This document shows, piece by piece, positions 21,652 through 31,229 of a stretch of DNA of 64,000 bases. The stretch is from an uncultured bacterium (lineage in GTDB: Bacteria > Armatimonadota > Abditibacteriia > Abditibacteriales > Abditibacteriaceae): assembly GCA_963843795.1 (NCBI GenBank), contig CAWJLW010000006.1:186001-250000 (forward strand), read 5' to 3'. The translations under genes and the position numbers were made by a program. Position 1 is the stretch's first letter; every line of letters begins with the position of its first letter. The notes below the pieces were generated by a model, which ran no database searches, was not told the DNA's origin, and saw only the letters and a program-made list of their open reading frames with translations.

Positions 21652-22995
21652 TTATTCCGGGCAGCGCCATTTCGCGCAAAACATTCCGTCGCAATTATCG
21701 CGCTGCGGTAACGTTTGCAGCGCGCCGTTTGCGGTCGCAAACGGGCTGCAAGTACTTGCGGGCGCTTCGAGCGTCCAATTGGCGTAACAATCGCTGAAAG
21801 CGCGTGCTTGAGCTTCGTTTTCTTCGGGTTCCAATGAACAAGTCGAATATGTTAACACGCCGCCGGGCTTGACCATTTGCGCGCAAATATCCAGCAATTC
21901 GCTTTGCAATTGCACCAGTTCCCGAATATTTTCGACTGATTTTCGCCACTTCAAATCGGGCCGTCGGCGCAACGTTCCGGTGCCCGAACACGGCGCGTCC
22001 AATAAAACCATATCGGCGCGCGGCAATTGATGGCGTTGGATGGCGGCAAGTACTTGCTGGGCCGAACCATCGAAAGTTTCTACCGATTTCAAGCCTAACC
22101 GAGCGGCGTTTTCACGCACTAATTTCAAACGTCCTGGGGCGCGATCTGCCGCGATGACGCGACCTTTATCGCCCATCAATTGCGCCAGATGGGTGGTTTT
22201 TCCACCGGGCGCCGAAGCGACATCGATCACAATTTGTCCACTTTGCGGCGCGGCGTTTAATGCCACTAACTGAGCGGCTTCATCTTGCGCGATGATATCG
22301 CCGCGCGTCCATAAATCCCAATCTACCGGCGCACCGCCGCGCTCAACGACCAAGCCGTGTGGCGAAACCGCGCTCGCTCGCGCATCCAATTCCTGCGCCT
22401 GCAACTGCTGCAAAACTTCCTCGCGCGATAAATGCAGCGTATTGGCGCGCAAATTTAAAGGGGCGATCTGATTATTGGCCGCGCACAATGCGCGCGTTGC
22501 GTCCAGCCCGAATTGGTGAGTCCAGCGTTCGACCATCCAACGCGGATGCGAACTTTCGATGGCCAGTTGCGATACTTCATCATCATTGGGGTTTGGCGCG
22601 CGCAAATCGGCGGGCAAGCGGCGCACAATGGCATTGATGAACGCGACTGCCGAGCGCGTTTTGGTTTGTCGCATCAGGCCCGCATATTCGTTGCCCGCGA
22701 CCTGAGCCGGTGTGCGCGTGCAGGCGATCTCGTAGGCCGCCAAACGTAACGCCGCGCGGACAGGCGCGTCGAGTTTGGTGATAGGTTTTTTAAGTAACGG
22801 TTGGATCGTCCAATCTAAGCGCAGTAAATTGCGCAGTGTGCCGCTGAGAATTTCGCGCGCGAAACCGCGCGTGGAAGAATCGAAATTGGCTTCGTCGAGA
22901 AGTGAAAGCGGCGCGCTTTCTTCGCTATCGAAACTCTGCAGCGCGCGCAACACGGTCAAGCGAGCCTGAGTTTTGGGATGAAGATTTAAAGGCAT
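21652..22995 (-). CDS. rsmB: 16S rRNA m5C967 methyltransferase RsmB
   Basis: NusB-like N-terminus, SHPRW, QDEAAQ, APGGKT, LDAPCSGTG, YSTCS..EENE; def-fmt-rsmB gene order. Confidence 0.95.
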   Translation of the reverse strand: MPLNLHPKTQARLTVLRALQSFDSEESAPLSLLDEANFDSSTRGFAREILSGTLRNLLRLDWTIQPLLKKPITKLDAPVRAALRLAAYEIACTRTPAQVAGNEYAGLMRQTKTRSAVAFINAIVRRLPADLRAPNPNDDEVSQLAIESSHPRWMVERWTHQFGLDATRALCAANNQIAPLNLRANTLHLSREEVLQQLQAQELDARASAVSPHGLVVERGGAPVDWDLWTRGDIIAQDEAAQLVALNAAPQSGQIVIDVASAPGGKTTHLAQLMGDKGRVIAADRAPGRLKLVRENAARLGLKSVETFDGSAQQVLAAIQRHQLPRADMVLLDAPCSGTGTLRRRPDLKWRKSVENIRELVQLQSELLDICAQMVKPGGVLTYSTCSLEPEENEAQARAFSDCYANWTLEAPASTCSPFATANGALQTLPQRDNCDGMFCAKWRCPE

Positions 22996-23025
22996 TAATA
23001 GTTTGATCTACGAGTAATTGCGGTG

Positions 23026-23970
23026 TTATTCCAGCTTTGCGCCCGCTTCCAAACGCGCGCCTCGTGCCCAATCCAAGGCGTCCATTTGGGCTTTACCAGC
23101 CGCTTGCACGCGCACCAATTGCAGGGCGCCCTTTCCGCACTCCACTAAAACTTTGCCTTCGCGCACTTGGATTGTGCCAGTGGTGCCGCGCACATTTTCA
23201 TCGCTGGCGCGGCATTGCCAAATTTTCAAATTTTCGCCATGCCACTGGCACCACGCGACGGGCCACGGCACAAAAGCGCGGCCGAGATTCTCGATTTCAC
23301 GCGCGCTTTTCGTCCAATCAATGCGCGCTTCATCTTTATCAATCGAAGGCGCAATAGTCACCTGGTTTTCGTCCTGAGGCACTCGCGGCGCCTGTCCGTT
23401 TTGCAGCATTTGCAGCGCCCCGTTCAATAAACGCGCACCGATAGGCGTTAAGCGTTCGAGCAGTTGCGGCGAAGTTTCGTTGGCTTCAATGGCAACGCTT
23501 TCTTGCAACAAAACATCGCCTGCATCCAATTTGGCGGCCATCCATTGAATTGTCACGCCGCTATGAGCGTCGCCGTGTTGGATCGCGCGCTGCACAGGAG
23601 CTGCGCCGCGCCACCGTGGAAGCAAAGAAAAATGCACATTCAAACACGCGCCGTGTGAGAAATTTTCACTCGGAATATCAAGCAAACTTTGCGGCAGAAT
23701 TTGTCCATAGGCGACGACCGCAATCGCATCGGGTCGCAATTGTCGAATCTGTTCAACAAATTCTTCATCGCGTGCGCGTGCGGGTTGCAAAACCGGCAGG
23801 TTCATTTCCAACGCGCGCGTTTTGATTGGCGAAGGTGCAGCTTCCATTTTACGTCCACGCCGCGCCATTTTATCGGGCTGCGTTACAACACCGACAATTT
23901 CGTGCTCGGTGGCGACGGCTTCGAGATGCGGCACGGCTAACTGTGGCGTGCCCATGAAAACAATTTTCAT
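23026..23970 (-). CDS. fmt: Methionyl-tRNA formyltransferase
   Basis: MKIVFMGTP, VVTQPD, NVHFSLLPRWRGAAP, LDAGD. Confidence 0.97.
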   Translation of the reverse strand: MKIVFMGTPQLAVPHLEAVATEHEIVGVVTQPDKMARRGRKMEAAPSPIKTRALEMNLPVLQPARARDEEFVEQIRQLRPDAIAVVAYGQILPQSLLDIPSENFSHGACLNVHFSLLPRWRGAAPVQRAIQHGDAHSGVTIQWMAAKLDAGDVLLQESVAIEANETSPQLLERLTPIGARLLNGALQMLQNGQAPRVPQDENQVTIAPSIDKDEARIDWTKSAREIENLGRAFVPWPVAWCQWHGENLKIWQCRASDENVRGTTGTIQVREGKVLVECGKGALQLVRVQAAGKAQMDALDWARGARLEAGAKLE

Positions 23971-23982
23971 AAAAGTTAATTC

Positions 23983-24083
23983 ACCGCAAAGAACGCAAAG
24001 GACGCAAAGGACGCAAAGATTGTTTGGGGAACAAGCAAATCTGCATCTCTAAAAAGCTTCGCGCCCTTTGCGTTCTTTGCGGT
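23983..24083. repeat. Inverted repeat built from tandem ACGCAAAG(A/G) units
   Basis: ACCGCAAAGAACGCAAAGG (23983-24001) pairs perfectly with CCTTTGCGTTCTTTGCGGT (24065-24083); extra 9-bp units continue to 24018. Confidence 0.8.
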
Positions 24084-24700
24084 TACTTCGTGACGCGGTT
24101 TTTCAGCATTTTTGGCGCGTGTAAGTTCTTGGGTAAACGTTTCGATTTTAGAGCGTTTAGCACTTCTTCATCCGTTGTGGGTTCGAGAAAAATCGTTTCT
24201 TCGCCTTCATCATCCAAACCTTCAATAAGCCAGACCAAAGAATCGGCTTCGGCTTTCTCAACATAAAGCACGCCATCCAAATGATCCAGTTCGTGCTGCA
24301 CGCAAGTACTTGCGCGGCCCTGCGCGTCGCTGTCCTCGCATTCGTAGGTGACGGTTTTGCCCCGTTCGTTGCGACCAGTCACGACGACTTTTCTAGCGCG
24401 CGCAACTTCGCCCTGCACGCCGGGAATCGACAGGCAACCTTCGGTCCCCACGACTTGTCCGCCGTTGCGTTGAAGAATTTTCGGATTGATAAGGGCGTGA
24501 ATTTCTTCACCGCGCCGGAAAACGAAAATGCGACGCGAGACGCCGACTTGCGGCGCGGCCAAGCCGGCACCATCGGCAGCTTCCATGGTTTCTTTCATGT
24601 CTTCGATGAGCTTGCGGTCGGCGGATGTGATGCGGTCTACGGCGATAGCGCGGCGTTTCAAAATCGGGTCGCCCCAGATGCGTATTGGTAAAATCGGCAT
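24083..24700 (-). CDS. def: Peptide deformylase
   Basis: GAGLAAPQVG, EGCLS, QHELDH. Confidence 0.97.
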   Translation of the reverse strand: MPILPIRIWGDPILKRRAIAVDRITSADRKLIEDMKETMEAADGAGLAAPQVGVSRRIFVFRRGEEIHALINPKILQRNGGQVVGTEGCLSIPGVQGEVARARKVVVTGRNERGKTVTYECEDSDAQGRASTCVQHELDHLDGVLYVEKAEADSLVWLIEGLDDEGEETIFLEPTTDEEVLNALKSKRLPKNLHAPKMLKNRVTK

Positions 24701-24808
24701 AATAATTCGTGTGTGACGCGAGTAAATTTTCGTGCGCCCTCAACTATTTTAGCGAAAACTTGCCGGTGCCTCGCATCAAACGCGCCGTTGAAGTTTCCAA
24801 AGCGCGTT

Positions 24809-27061
24809 ATGAACACATTTTCGCTTTCTCTTTTCGCCCTTTTGCCGTTCGCCATTTCGACCGTTCACGCACAAAACCCGCCGCAAGTACTTGCAGGGAA
24901 AAATCCATCCCCGCATTCGCTTTTGCGCATCGAAGCCCTGCCGCAAACTTTGGGAACCAACATTCATTTCACTCAGGCGCGAAAGGGTGAAATGGAAATG
25001 TTGCGGGCAGGCGGTTTTCGTCGCATTCGTATGGATTTCGGCTGGGGCGCGACCGAACGCGAAAAAGGAAAATACGATTTTTCGGCCTACGACCGTTTGC
25101 TCAAAGATATGGACGCGCAAAAGCTGCGCGCGTATTGGATTCTGGATTATGGCAACACGTTATACGCCAGTGCAGAAAACCGCGACGCCAGCCCGAACAA
25201 CGCCGCTTATTATGCGGCTTATTCGAAATGGGCGGCAGCAGCGGTCGCGCATTTCAAAGGTCGCGGCGTGGTATGGGAAATTTGGAACGAACCCAATATC
25301 GGTTTCTGGAAGCCCAAACCCAACGTTGATGATTACAGCGCGATGGCTTTGGAAGCGTGCCGCGCGATGCGAAAGGCCGCGCCCAAAGAGTGCATTATTG
25401 GCCCCGCGACTTCGGGCATCGACTTGCAATTTCTCGAAAAATGTTTTCAGAGCGGTTTGCTCGATTTGTGGGACGGCGTTTCAGTGCATCCTTACCGCCA
25501 GAGCGACCCCGAAACTGCCGCACCCGAATATCGCGCGCTGCGCGCTTTAATCGAACGCTATAAACCCAAGGGCAAAACAATTCCAATTATTTCGGGCGAG
25601 TGGGGCTACTCTTCGGCGTGGAGCGGCTATGATGTCGAGCGGCAGGGCAAGTACTTGCCGCGCCAGTGGCTGCTCAATCAATACGAACAAATTCCGATTT
25701 CGGTTTGGTATGACTGGCACGACGACGGAACCGACGAGAAAGAACCCGAACACCATTTCGGAAGCGTGCAAAACGCTTATCACGAAAACCGTACGCCAGT
25801 TTACGACCCCAAACCTGCGTATATCGCCGCGCAAACATTGTATCAAACGCTCGATGGTTTCAATTTCAATAAACGTTTATGGACGGGAAACGAAAAAGAT
25901 TGGATTTTGTTGTTCACACGCAGCAATGAAATTCGATTGGCGTGTTGGACAACTGATACCAAGCCACACGAAATTTCGTTTTCCGCTTCCAATGGCACAT
26001 TTTCGCGCGCCGATTATCTGGGCAAAAAGTTGACAGATGTAAACGCACAAAATCAGAAATTAAATTTGACTTTAAGCGATGGCGTGCAGTATGTGTGGCC
26101 GCAAAAACCGAACGCGTTATTGAAGCGTGCAGCCGCGTGGAAGCGTGTGCCTCTGGAAACTTTTGTCAGCGCGCCGCGCGGCGGTGTGCTGCGCGATAAC
26201 CTCGGTGTCAGCAATGCTATCAAAATGGATGGAAGTGCCAATTCTTATCAACAAAGCAGCATGGTTTCGGTCACCAATCCGCTGTTTGCCACGCCGGTTT
26301 CTGCGGTGGGTGCGCGCGGAGCAGTGCAAATTTTAAATCCCACCGGAGCGCCATTTAGCGGGAAACTGCGCGTTTCTATCGGTGCTAACACCACGCTGCA
26401 AGCATTGACTGTGATGCAGGGCGAAGCCGCGAAAACTGTGGAAATTGTGTTGCCCGCCAACGCTAAAGCCCAAACTACTTTGGGTGTTCAACTCTTGGGG
26501 AGCCAAAATCAGCCGCAAACTGGCTTGCAGAACGTGCGCTTTGTGCCGGTCGATGATTTCGCGCGTGCCGGTGCACTGGGCGATTATGCGGTCGTGCCCG
26601 ATGGCGATGCCAAAATCGCTTCCACACAAACTTTGAAAATCGAAAACGCGCCCGAAAAACTGCTGGGTCAGGACGTACCCGCGCTGCGTTTGGATTACAA
26701 ATGGGACGCGGGCTGGAAATTCGTGCGCGTTTTGCCGCCAAATGAAGTAAAAATCGAAGGTGCGCCCAAAGCCTTGCAGATGTGGATTTATGGCGATGGC
26801 AACAATCATCGCGCGCGTTTGCGCGTGCGCGATGCCGGCGGCCAAACCTTTCAGCCCAACGGCGTCGTGATTGATTGGAAAGGCTGGCGACCGGTAACGT
26901 TTCCGCTCGATGGCAGCACGGCCGGACATTGGGGCGGCGCAGACGACGGCAAAATTCACGGCGCCCTGAGCTGGGATTCGCTGTTTTTACTCGATAGCGC
27001 CGGAGCCGGACAAGGCACGATTTATCTGGCTGCGCCGACGCTGGTTTACGACGTGAAATAA
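24809..27061 (+). CDS. Secreted clan GH-A glycoside hydrolase (GH39/GH5-like) with a C-terminal carbohydrate-binding-like domain
   Basis: Signal peptide, WEIWNEPN acid/base motif, SVHPY, ISGEWG nucleophile, C-terminal IDWKGWR. Confidence 0.8.
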   Translation: MNTFSLSLFALLPFAISTVHAQNPPQVLAGKNPSPHSLLRIEALPQTLGTNIHFTQARKGEMEMLRAGGFRRIRMDFGWGATEREKGKYDFSAYDRLLKDMDAQKLRAYWILDYGNTLYASAENRDASPNNAAYYAAYSKWAAAAVAHFKGRGVVWEIWNEPNIGFWKPKPNVDDYSAMALEACRAMRKAAPKECIIGPATSGIDLQFLEKCFQSGLLDLWDGVSVHPYRQSDPETAAPEYRALRALIERYKPKGKTIPIISGEWGYSSAWSGYDVERQGKYLPRQWLLNQYEQIPISVWYDWHDDGTDEKEPEHHFGSVQNAYHENRTPVYDPKPAYIAAQTLYQTLDGFNFNKRLWTGNEKDWILLFTRSNEIRLACWTTDTKPHEISFSASNGTFSRADYLGKKLTDVNAQNQKLNLTLSDGVQYVWPQKPNALLKRAAAWKRVPLETFVSAPRGGVLRDNLGVSNAIKMDGSANSYQQSSMVSVTNPLFATPVSAVGARGAVQILNPTGAPFSGKLRVSIGANTTLQALTVMQGEAAKTVEIVLPANAKAQTTLGVQLLGSQNQPQTGLQNVRFVPVDDFARAGALGDYAVVPDGDAKIASTQTLKIENAPEKLLGQDVPALRLDYKWDAGWKFVRVLPPNEVKIEGAPKALQMWIYGDGNNHRARLRVRDAGGQTFQPNGVVIDWKGWRPVTFPLDGSTAGHWGGADDGKIHGALSWDSLFLLDSAGAGQGTIYLAAPTLVYDVK

Positions 27062-27129
27062 ACTGTTCGACAATGAACCAAACGCCTCGCAAGTACTTGC
27101 GGGGCGTTTTTAATGAGGAAGTGTATTTT

Positions 27130-27870
27130 ATGCGATTTGAAAACAAAACCGCGCTCGTAACCGGCGCCAGTCGCGGCATTGGTCGCGCCATCGCCGAAAA
27201 GTTGGCGCAAGAAGGCGCGCGCGTGGCGGTCAATTACCACAGCTCCAAAGACGACGCCGAAGCCGTTGTCGCGCACATCGAAAAACAGGGCGGAAGCGCG
27301 TTTGCGGTTCAGGGCGATGTTTCTCAGTTGGATGACATCGCGCAGGTACTTGCCACTGTGAAAAGCGAGTTCGGCGCGCTCGATATTCTGGTCAATAATG
27401 CCGGAACCGGCGAATTTGTGTCGTTCGCGCAAGCCACGCCCAGTCATTTCGACAAGCAGTTCAATTTGAACGTGCGCGGCCTGTTTTTCCTGACGCAGGG
27501 TGCACTGGAAATTATGAACGATGGTGGGCGCGTGATTAACATTTCGTCGATTTCCTCGCGTGGTTTGGGCAGCGAGGGTGCGGCTTATGGCGCGACCAAA
27601 GCCGCCGTCAATGCGCTTTCTTTCGCGCTGGCCAAAGGCGTTGGCAAACGCGGCATCACAATCAACGCGGTTTCGCCCGGACTGGTGAAAACCGATTTAT
27701 CGCGCAGCAGTTTTTCCGACGACGACATCGCGCGCATGGAAAGCGCCGCCACGCTGGGGCGCAGCGGTCAGCCGGAAGATATTGCCGACATTGTGGCCTT
27801 TTTGGCTTCGGATGCGGCGCGCTGGATTACCGGTCGCGAAATCGTTGCCGATGGCGGCACAATCGATTAA
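27130..27870 (+). CDS. SDR family oxidoreductase
   Basis: TGASRGIG, NNAG, YGATK. Confidence 0.93.
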   Translation: MRFENKTALVTGASRGIGRAIAEKLAQEGARVAVNYHSSKDDAEAVVAHIEKQGGSAFAVQGDVSQLDDIAQVLATVKSEFGALDILVNNAGTGEFVSFAQATPSHFDKQFNLNVRGLFFLTQGALEIMNDGGRVINISSISSRGLGSEGAAYGATKAAVNALSFALAKGVGKRGITINAVSPGLVKTDLSRSSFSDDDIARMESAATLGRSGQPEDIADIVAFLASDAARWITGREIVADGGTID

Positions 27871-27952
27871 AAACGCGTTGCAAGTACTTGCTGGCACAAA
27901 GTGCGCACTATGAAAACGCTTGTCTCAAAAAATACGTTCTTCAGGAGAAATT

Positions 27953-28642
27953 ATGAGTAAAGTTGCTTTAGTCACTGGCGCCAATAAAGGAATCGGTTTC
28001 GCTACTGCGCACGAACTGGCCAAACAGGGTTTTCACGTTCTGGTGGGCGCGCGCGATACCGAACGCGGCGAAGAAGCCGCGCAGAAAATTAAGGCCGATG
28101 GTTTTGATGCCGATTTCATCACGCTCGACGTGACCGATGAAGACTCGATTCGATCTGCCGCGTTGGAAATCGGCGAAAATTTCGGTGGCTTGGATGTTTT
28201 GGTCAACAACGCTGCTATCAACGAAGGCGAAAGCGATGTGCGCGAATTGAGCATCGAAAAATTACAAGCCGTTTTGGAAACCAACGTTTACGGTCCGCTT
28301 TTAGTGACCCAAGCGTTTTGGCCTTTGCTGGAAAAAGGCGAAGATGCACGCGTGATTAACGTGTCAAGCGGTGCCGGTCAGTTGAACGACATGAAACACA
28401 ATATGCCCGCGTATTCGCTGTCGAAAACTGCTCTTAACGCGCTGACGCGACAATTCGCGGGTTTGGGCGAGGGAAAAATTAGCGTTAATTCGATTTGTCC
28501 GGGTTGGGTCAAAACCGACATGGGCGGCGAAGGCGCTACACGCACGCCGGATGAGGGCGCAGCAATTATCGTGAAACTGGCGACAATGGAAAATCCACCG
28601 ACCGGCGGTTATATGAACGACGCTGGCTCAATGGATTGGTGA
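27953..28642 (+). CDS. SDR family oxidoreductase (carbonyl reductase-like)
   Basis: TGANKGIG, NNAA, YSLSK, CPGWVKTDMGG. Confidence 0.93.
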   Translation: MSKVALVTGANKGIGFATAHELAKQGFHVLVGARDTERGEEAAQKIKADGFDADFITLDVTDEDSIRSAALEIGENFGGLDVLVNNAAINEGESDVRELSIEKLQAVLETNVYGPLLVTQAFWPLLEKGEDARVINVSSGAGQLNDMKHNMPAYSLSKTALNALTRQFAGLGEGKISVNSICPGWVKTDMGGEGATRTPDEGAAIIVKLATMENPPTGGYMNDAGSMDW

Positions 28643-28648
28643 TTGAAA

Positions 28649-28681
28649 TGTAGGGCGCGAAGTGGAAACCCGCGCCCTACA
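28649..28681. repeat. Short GTAG...CTAC hairpin (collapsed REP pair)
   Basis: TGTAGGGCGCG-11 nt-CGCGCCCTACA. Confidence 0.6.
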
Positions 28682-28703
28682 AGACGACTCAACTGGATTT
28701 TTT

Positions 28704-30176
28704 GTGACTTTTAATTCCGCTTCCGAACCCGCTTACTCGCCCGACCCACGCCGCTGGCTCGCTTTGGGCGTAATTTTGTCGGCCACGCTTCTCGGTGTGC
28801 TCGATTTTCTCATCGTCAATCTCGCACTCACTTCGATTCAAGAAGATATCGGTGGCAGCGATGGACAGGTACAGCTCACTGTCGCGGTTTACGGTTTGTC
28901 GTTCGCGATGTTCCTGATCACCGGCGGGCGCTTGGGCGATATTTATGGACGCAAGCGAATTTTTCAAATCGGCATGGCGGGCTTTACGCTCGCTTCGATG
29001 CTGTGCGGTTTGTCACAAAATTCGTTTCAACTGATTCTTTTTCGCATTATTCAAGGCGCGTTCGCCGCTTTGATGTCGCCGCAAGTACTTGCCACAATTC
29101 AAGTGATGTTTCGAGGCCACGAACGCGACAAAGCGACCGGTTATGTCGGCGCGACGGTCGGCGTGGGCAGCTTTCTGGGCAATGTGGTCGGCGGTTGGCT
29201 GGTGGGCGCTAACGTGATGGGTTTGGGATGGCGTCCGATATTCTTCGTCAATGTGCCGATTGGAGTGGTCGCACTGGTTTTAGCACATTTTTATGTGCGC
29301 GAATCGACGGCAGATAGCGCGCGCAAGCTCGATATTATTGGCGCTTTAATTTGTGGCACGGCGCTGTTTTTGTTGGTGTTCCCGATTGCCGAAGGTCGCG
29401 AGCGCGGCTGGCCGATCTGGATTTGGTTGATGTTGGTGGGCGCGGGGCTAACGACGCTGCTCTTCGTGTGGTGGCAAAAGCGCGTTGCGCAAAATTCTGG
29501 CTCGCCCCTGGTATCGCCGGAACTGTTTGAATCGAGTGGCTACGTGCGCGGGCTGGGCGCCATTTTGATGTTGTTTTCTGGCCTCAGTTCGTTCGCGTTT
29601 GTGCTGGCACAATTTATCCAGCGCGGTCTGGGAGAATCGCCCGCGCGTACCGGTTTAATTTTCGCGGCGCTTTCGGTCGCGTTTTTGATGGCCTCGTTGG
29701 GTGCGGTCAACATTGTGCGGCGCATCGGAGGGCGCACACTTCTCATCGGTTTGGCGATGATGCAAATTGGGCAGTTGATTTTGGTTGCGCTGTGCCTGAT
29801 TTTTCGTGGCCATCTCAATCCGTATTGGCTGGCACCGGTTTTGTTTTTCTACGGATTGGGGCAGGGCTTAAGCGTGCCGCAGGTGATTCGTCAAACCTTG
29901 AATCATGTAGGAACACAAAACGCGGGCGCGGCTTCGGGCGTGTTGAGTACGGCACAGCAGATCGCGTTTTCGCTGGGCGTTTCGGTCGTGGGTGGCGTAT
30001 TTTTCGCCATCGCCGACCGCACGCGTTCGCCGGACGATTTCGCATTGGGCACCGCTGCGGCGTTCACTTTAAACTTCGTGCTGGTTTTCATCGCGCGCTT
30101 GTTAGTGGCGCGCAACATACGAGGCACTGAGGCCGTTGCTGACGAGCCAACTGGCGCTGTTGCACTGGAAATGTAA
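28704..30176 (+). CDS. MFS efflux transporter, DHA2 (EmrB/QacA-like)
   Basis: LDFLIVNLAL, GGRLGDIYGRKR, WRPIFFVNVPIG; about 14 TM. Start codon uncertain. Confidence 0.9.
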   Translation: MTFNSASEPAYSPDPRRWLALGVILSATLLGVLDFLIVNLALTSIQEDIGGSDGQVQLTVAVYGLSFAMFLITGGRLGDIYGRKRIFQIGMAGFTLASMLCGLSQNSFQLILFRIIQGAFAALMSPQVLATIQVMFRGHERDKATGYVGATVGVGSFLGNVVGGWLVGANVMGLGWRPIFFVNVPIGVVALVLAHFYVRESTADSARKLDIIGALICGTALFLLVFPIAEGRERGWPIWIWLMLVGAGLTTLLFVWWQKRVAQNSGSPLVSPELFESSGYVRGLGAILMLFSGLSSFAFVLAQFIQRGLGESPARTGLIFAALSVAFLMASLGAVNIVRRIGGRTLLIGLAMMQIGQLILVALCLIFRGHLNPYWLAPVLFFYGLGQGLSVPQVIRQTLNHVGTQNAGAASGVLSTAQQIAFSLGVSVVGGVFFAIADRTRSPDDFALGTAAAFTLNFVLVFIARLLVARNIRGTEAVADEPTGAVALEM

Positions 30177-30186
30177 AGGAATAATT

Positions 30187-30570
30187 ATGGAATCTCAAAC
30201 GCCGGCCAAAGCTAAAAACGTTCTCGGCACGCCCTTGGAAGATTGCTCGCGCGACCCCCTAACCGGCTTTTACCGCAACGGTTGTTGCGATACCGGCCTG
30301 GGCGATGACGGCGTGCACACCGTTTGCGTGCGCGTGACGGCGGGCTTTTTAGAATTTTCCAAAAGTCAGGGCAACGATTTATCGACGCCGCACCCCGAAT
30401 TCCAATTTCCTGGCTTGAAGCCCGGCGACCAATGGTGTTTGTGTGCCCCGCGTTGGCAAGAAGCCCTGGAAGCTGGCTGCGCTCCCGATGTCGTGCTCGA
30501 AGCCACGCACATCGCTTCCCTCGAATGGGTTTCGTTAGGTGATTTGAAAGAACACGCCATCAAGAAATAA
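30187..30570 (+). CDS. DUF2237 family protein
   Basis: NVLG..CS.DPLTGFYRNGCC..GNDLSTP..FPGLKPGDQWCLCA. Confidence 0.92.
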   Translation: MESQTPAKAKNVLGTPLEDCSRDPLTGFYRNGCCDTGLGDDGVHTVCVRVTAGFLEFSKSQGNDLSTPHPEFQFPGLKPGDQWCLCAPRWQEALEAGCAPDVVLEATHIASLEWVSLGDLKEHAIKK

Positions 30571-30573
30571 AAT

Positions 30574-30625
30574 CAAAAAAAGCGCGCTGCAAGTACTTGC
30601 GCAAGACTTGCAGCGCGCTTTTTTG
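30574..30625. terminator. Bidirectional terminator-like hairpin containing one exact and one 11-bp copy of the 12-mer
   Basis: AAAAAAAGCGCGCT-GCAAGTACTTGC-GCAAGACTTGC-AGCGCGCTTTTTT between convergent genes. Confidence 0.75.
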
Positions 30626-30634
30626 CTGTTGAAA

Positions 30635-31177
30635 TCAGGCCTTTCGTTCGTAACCTTCTTGCGCCAGAACAACGCCCATCGCGCGGTAATCATGGGCGTT
30701 TTCGGAACGCTGCGTCGCCAGTCCATCGACGTATCGGTTGAACATACAAAACGCTGCGGCGATTAACACGGTGTCGTGAATCGCTTTGTCATCGGCTCCG
30801 GCCTCGCGCGCCTTTTGGATGTCGCTTTCTTCGACCAAACGACCATCACGCCGCACTTTATCGGCGATCATCAGCAGCGCGCACAGCTTCGCATCGGGCG
30901 CGGATGTTTCGCCATTCTTTAACACGTTGTCGACAACTTCATGGTGTTCGCCCCACAATTCGCGTGCGGCTGCGGCGTGCGATAGCGTGCAAAAACTGCA
31001 ATGATTGCCTTGAGAAACGTGTGTCGCGATAGTTTCGCGCTCGGCGGGCGAAAGCGTTGACTCGCCGCGCAAAAGTTCCTGCGCCAAACTGCGCAAACGA
31101 TCTCCGGTTTCGGGATAAGCCGCCATCGGTCCGCTGATGCCTGGCAAATGAGCCGGTAATTCAATATGTGCCATCAT
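30635..31177 (-). CDS. Carboxymuconolactone decarboxylase/AhpD-like peroxidase-related protein
   Basis: RETIATHVSQGNHCSFCTLSH, FCMFNRYVDGL. Confidence 0.88.
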   Translation of the reverse strand: MMAHIELPAHLPGISGPMAAYPETGDRLRSLAQELLRGESTLSPAERETIATHVSQGNHCSFCTLSHAAAARELWGEHHEVVDNVLKNGETSAPDAKLCALLMIADKVRRDGRLVEESDIQKAREAGADDKAIHDTVLIAAAFCMFNRYVDGLATQRSENAHDYRAMGVVLAQEGYERKA

Positions 31178-31229
31178 TTTCCTTTTGGAACGCTTCAAAT
31201 TGGTAAAGCACTTTCTCAAAGTGCGTGAA

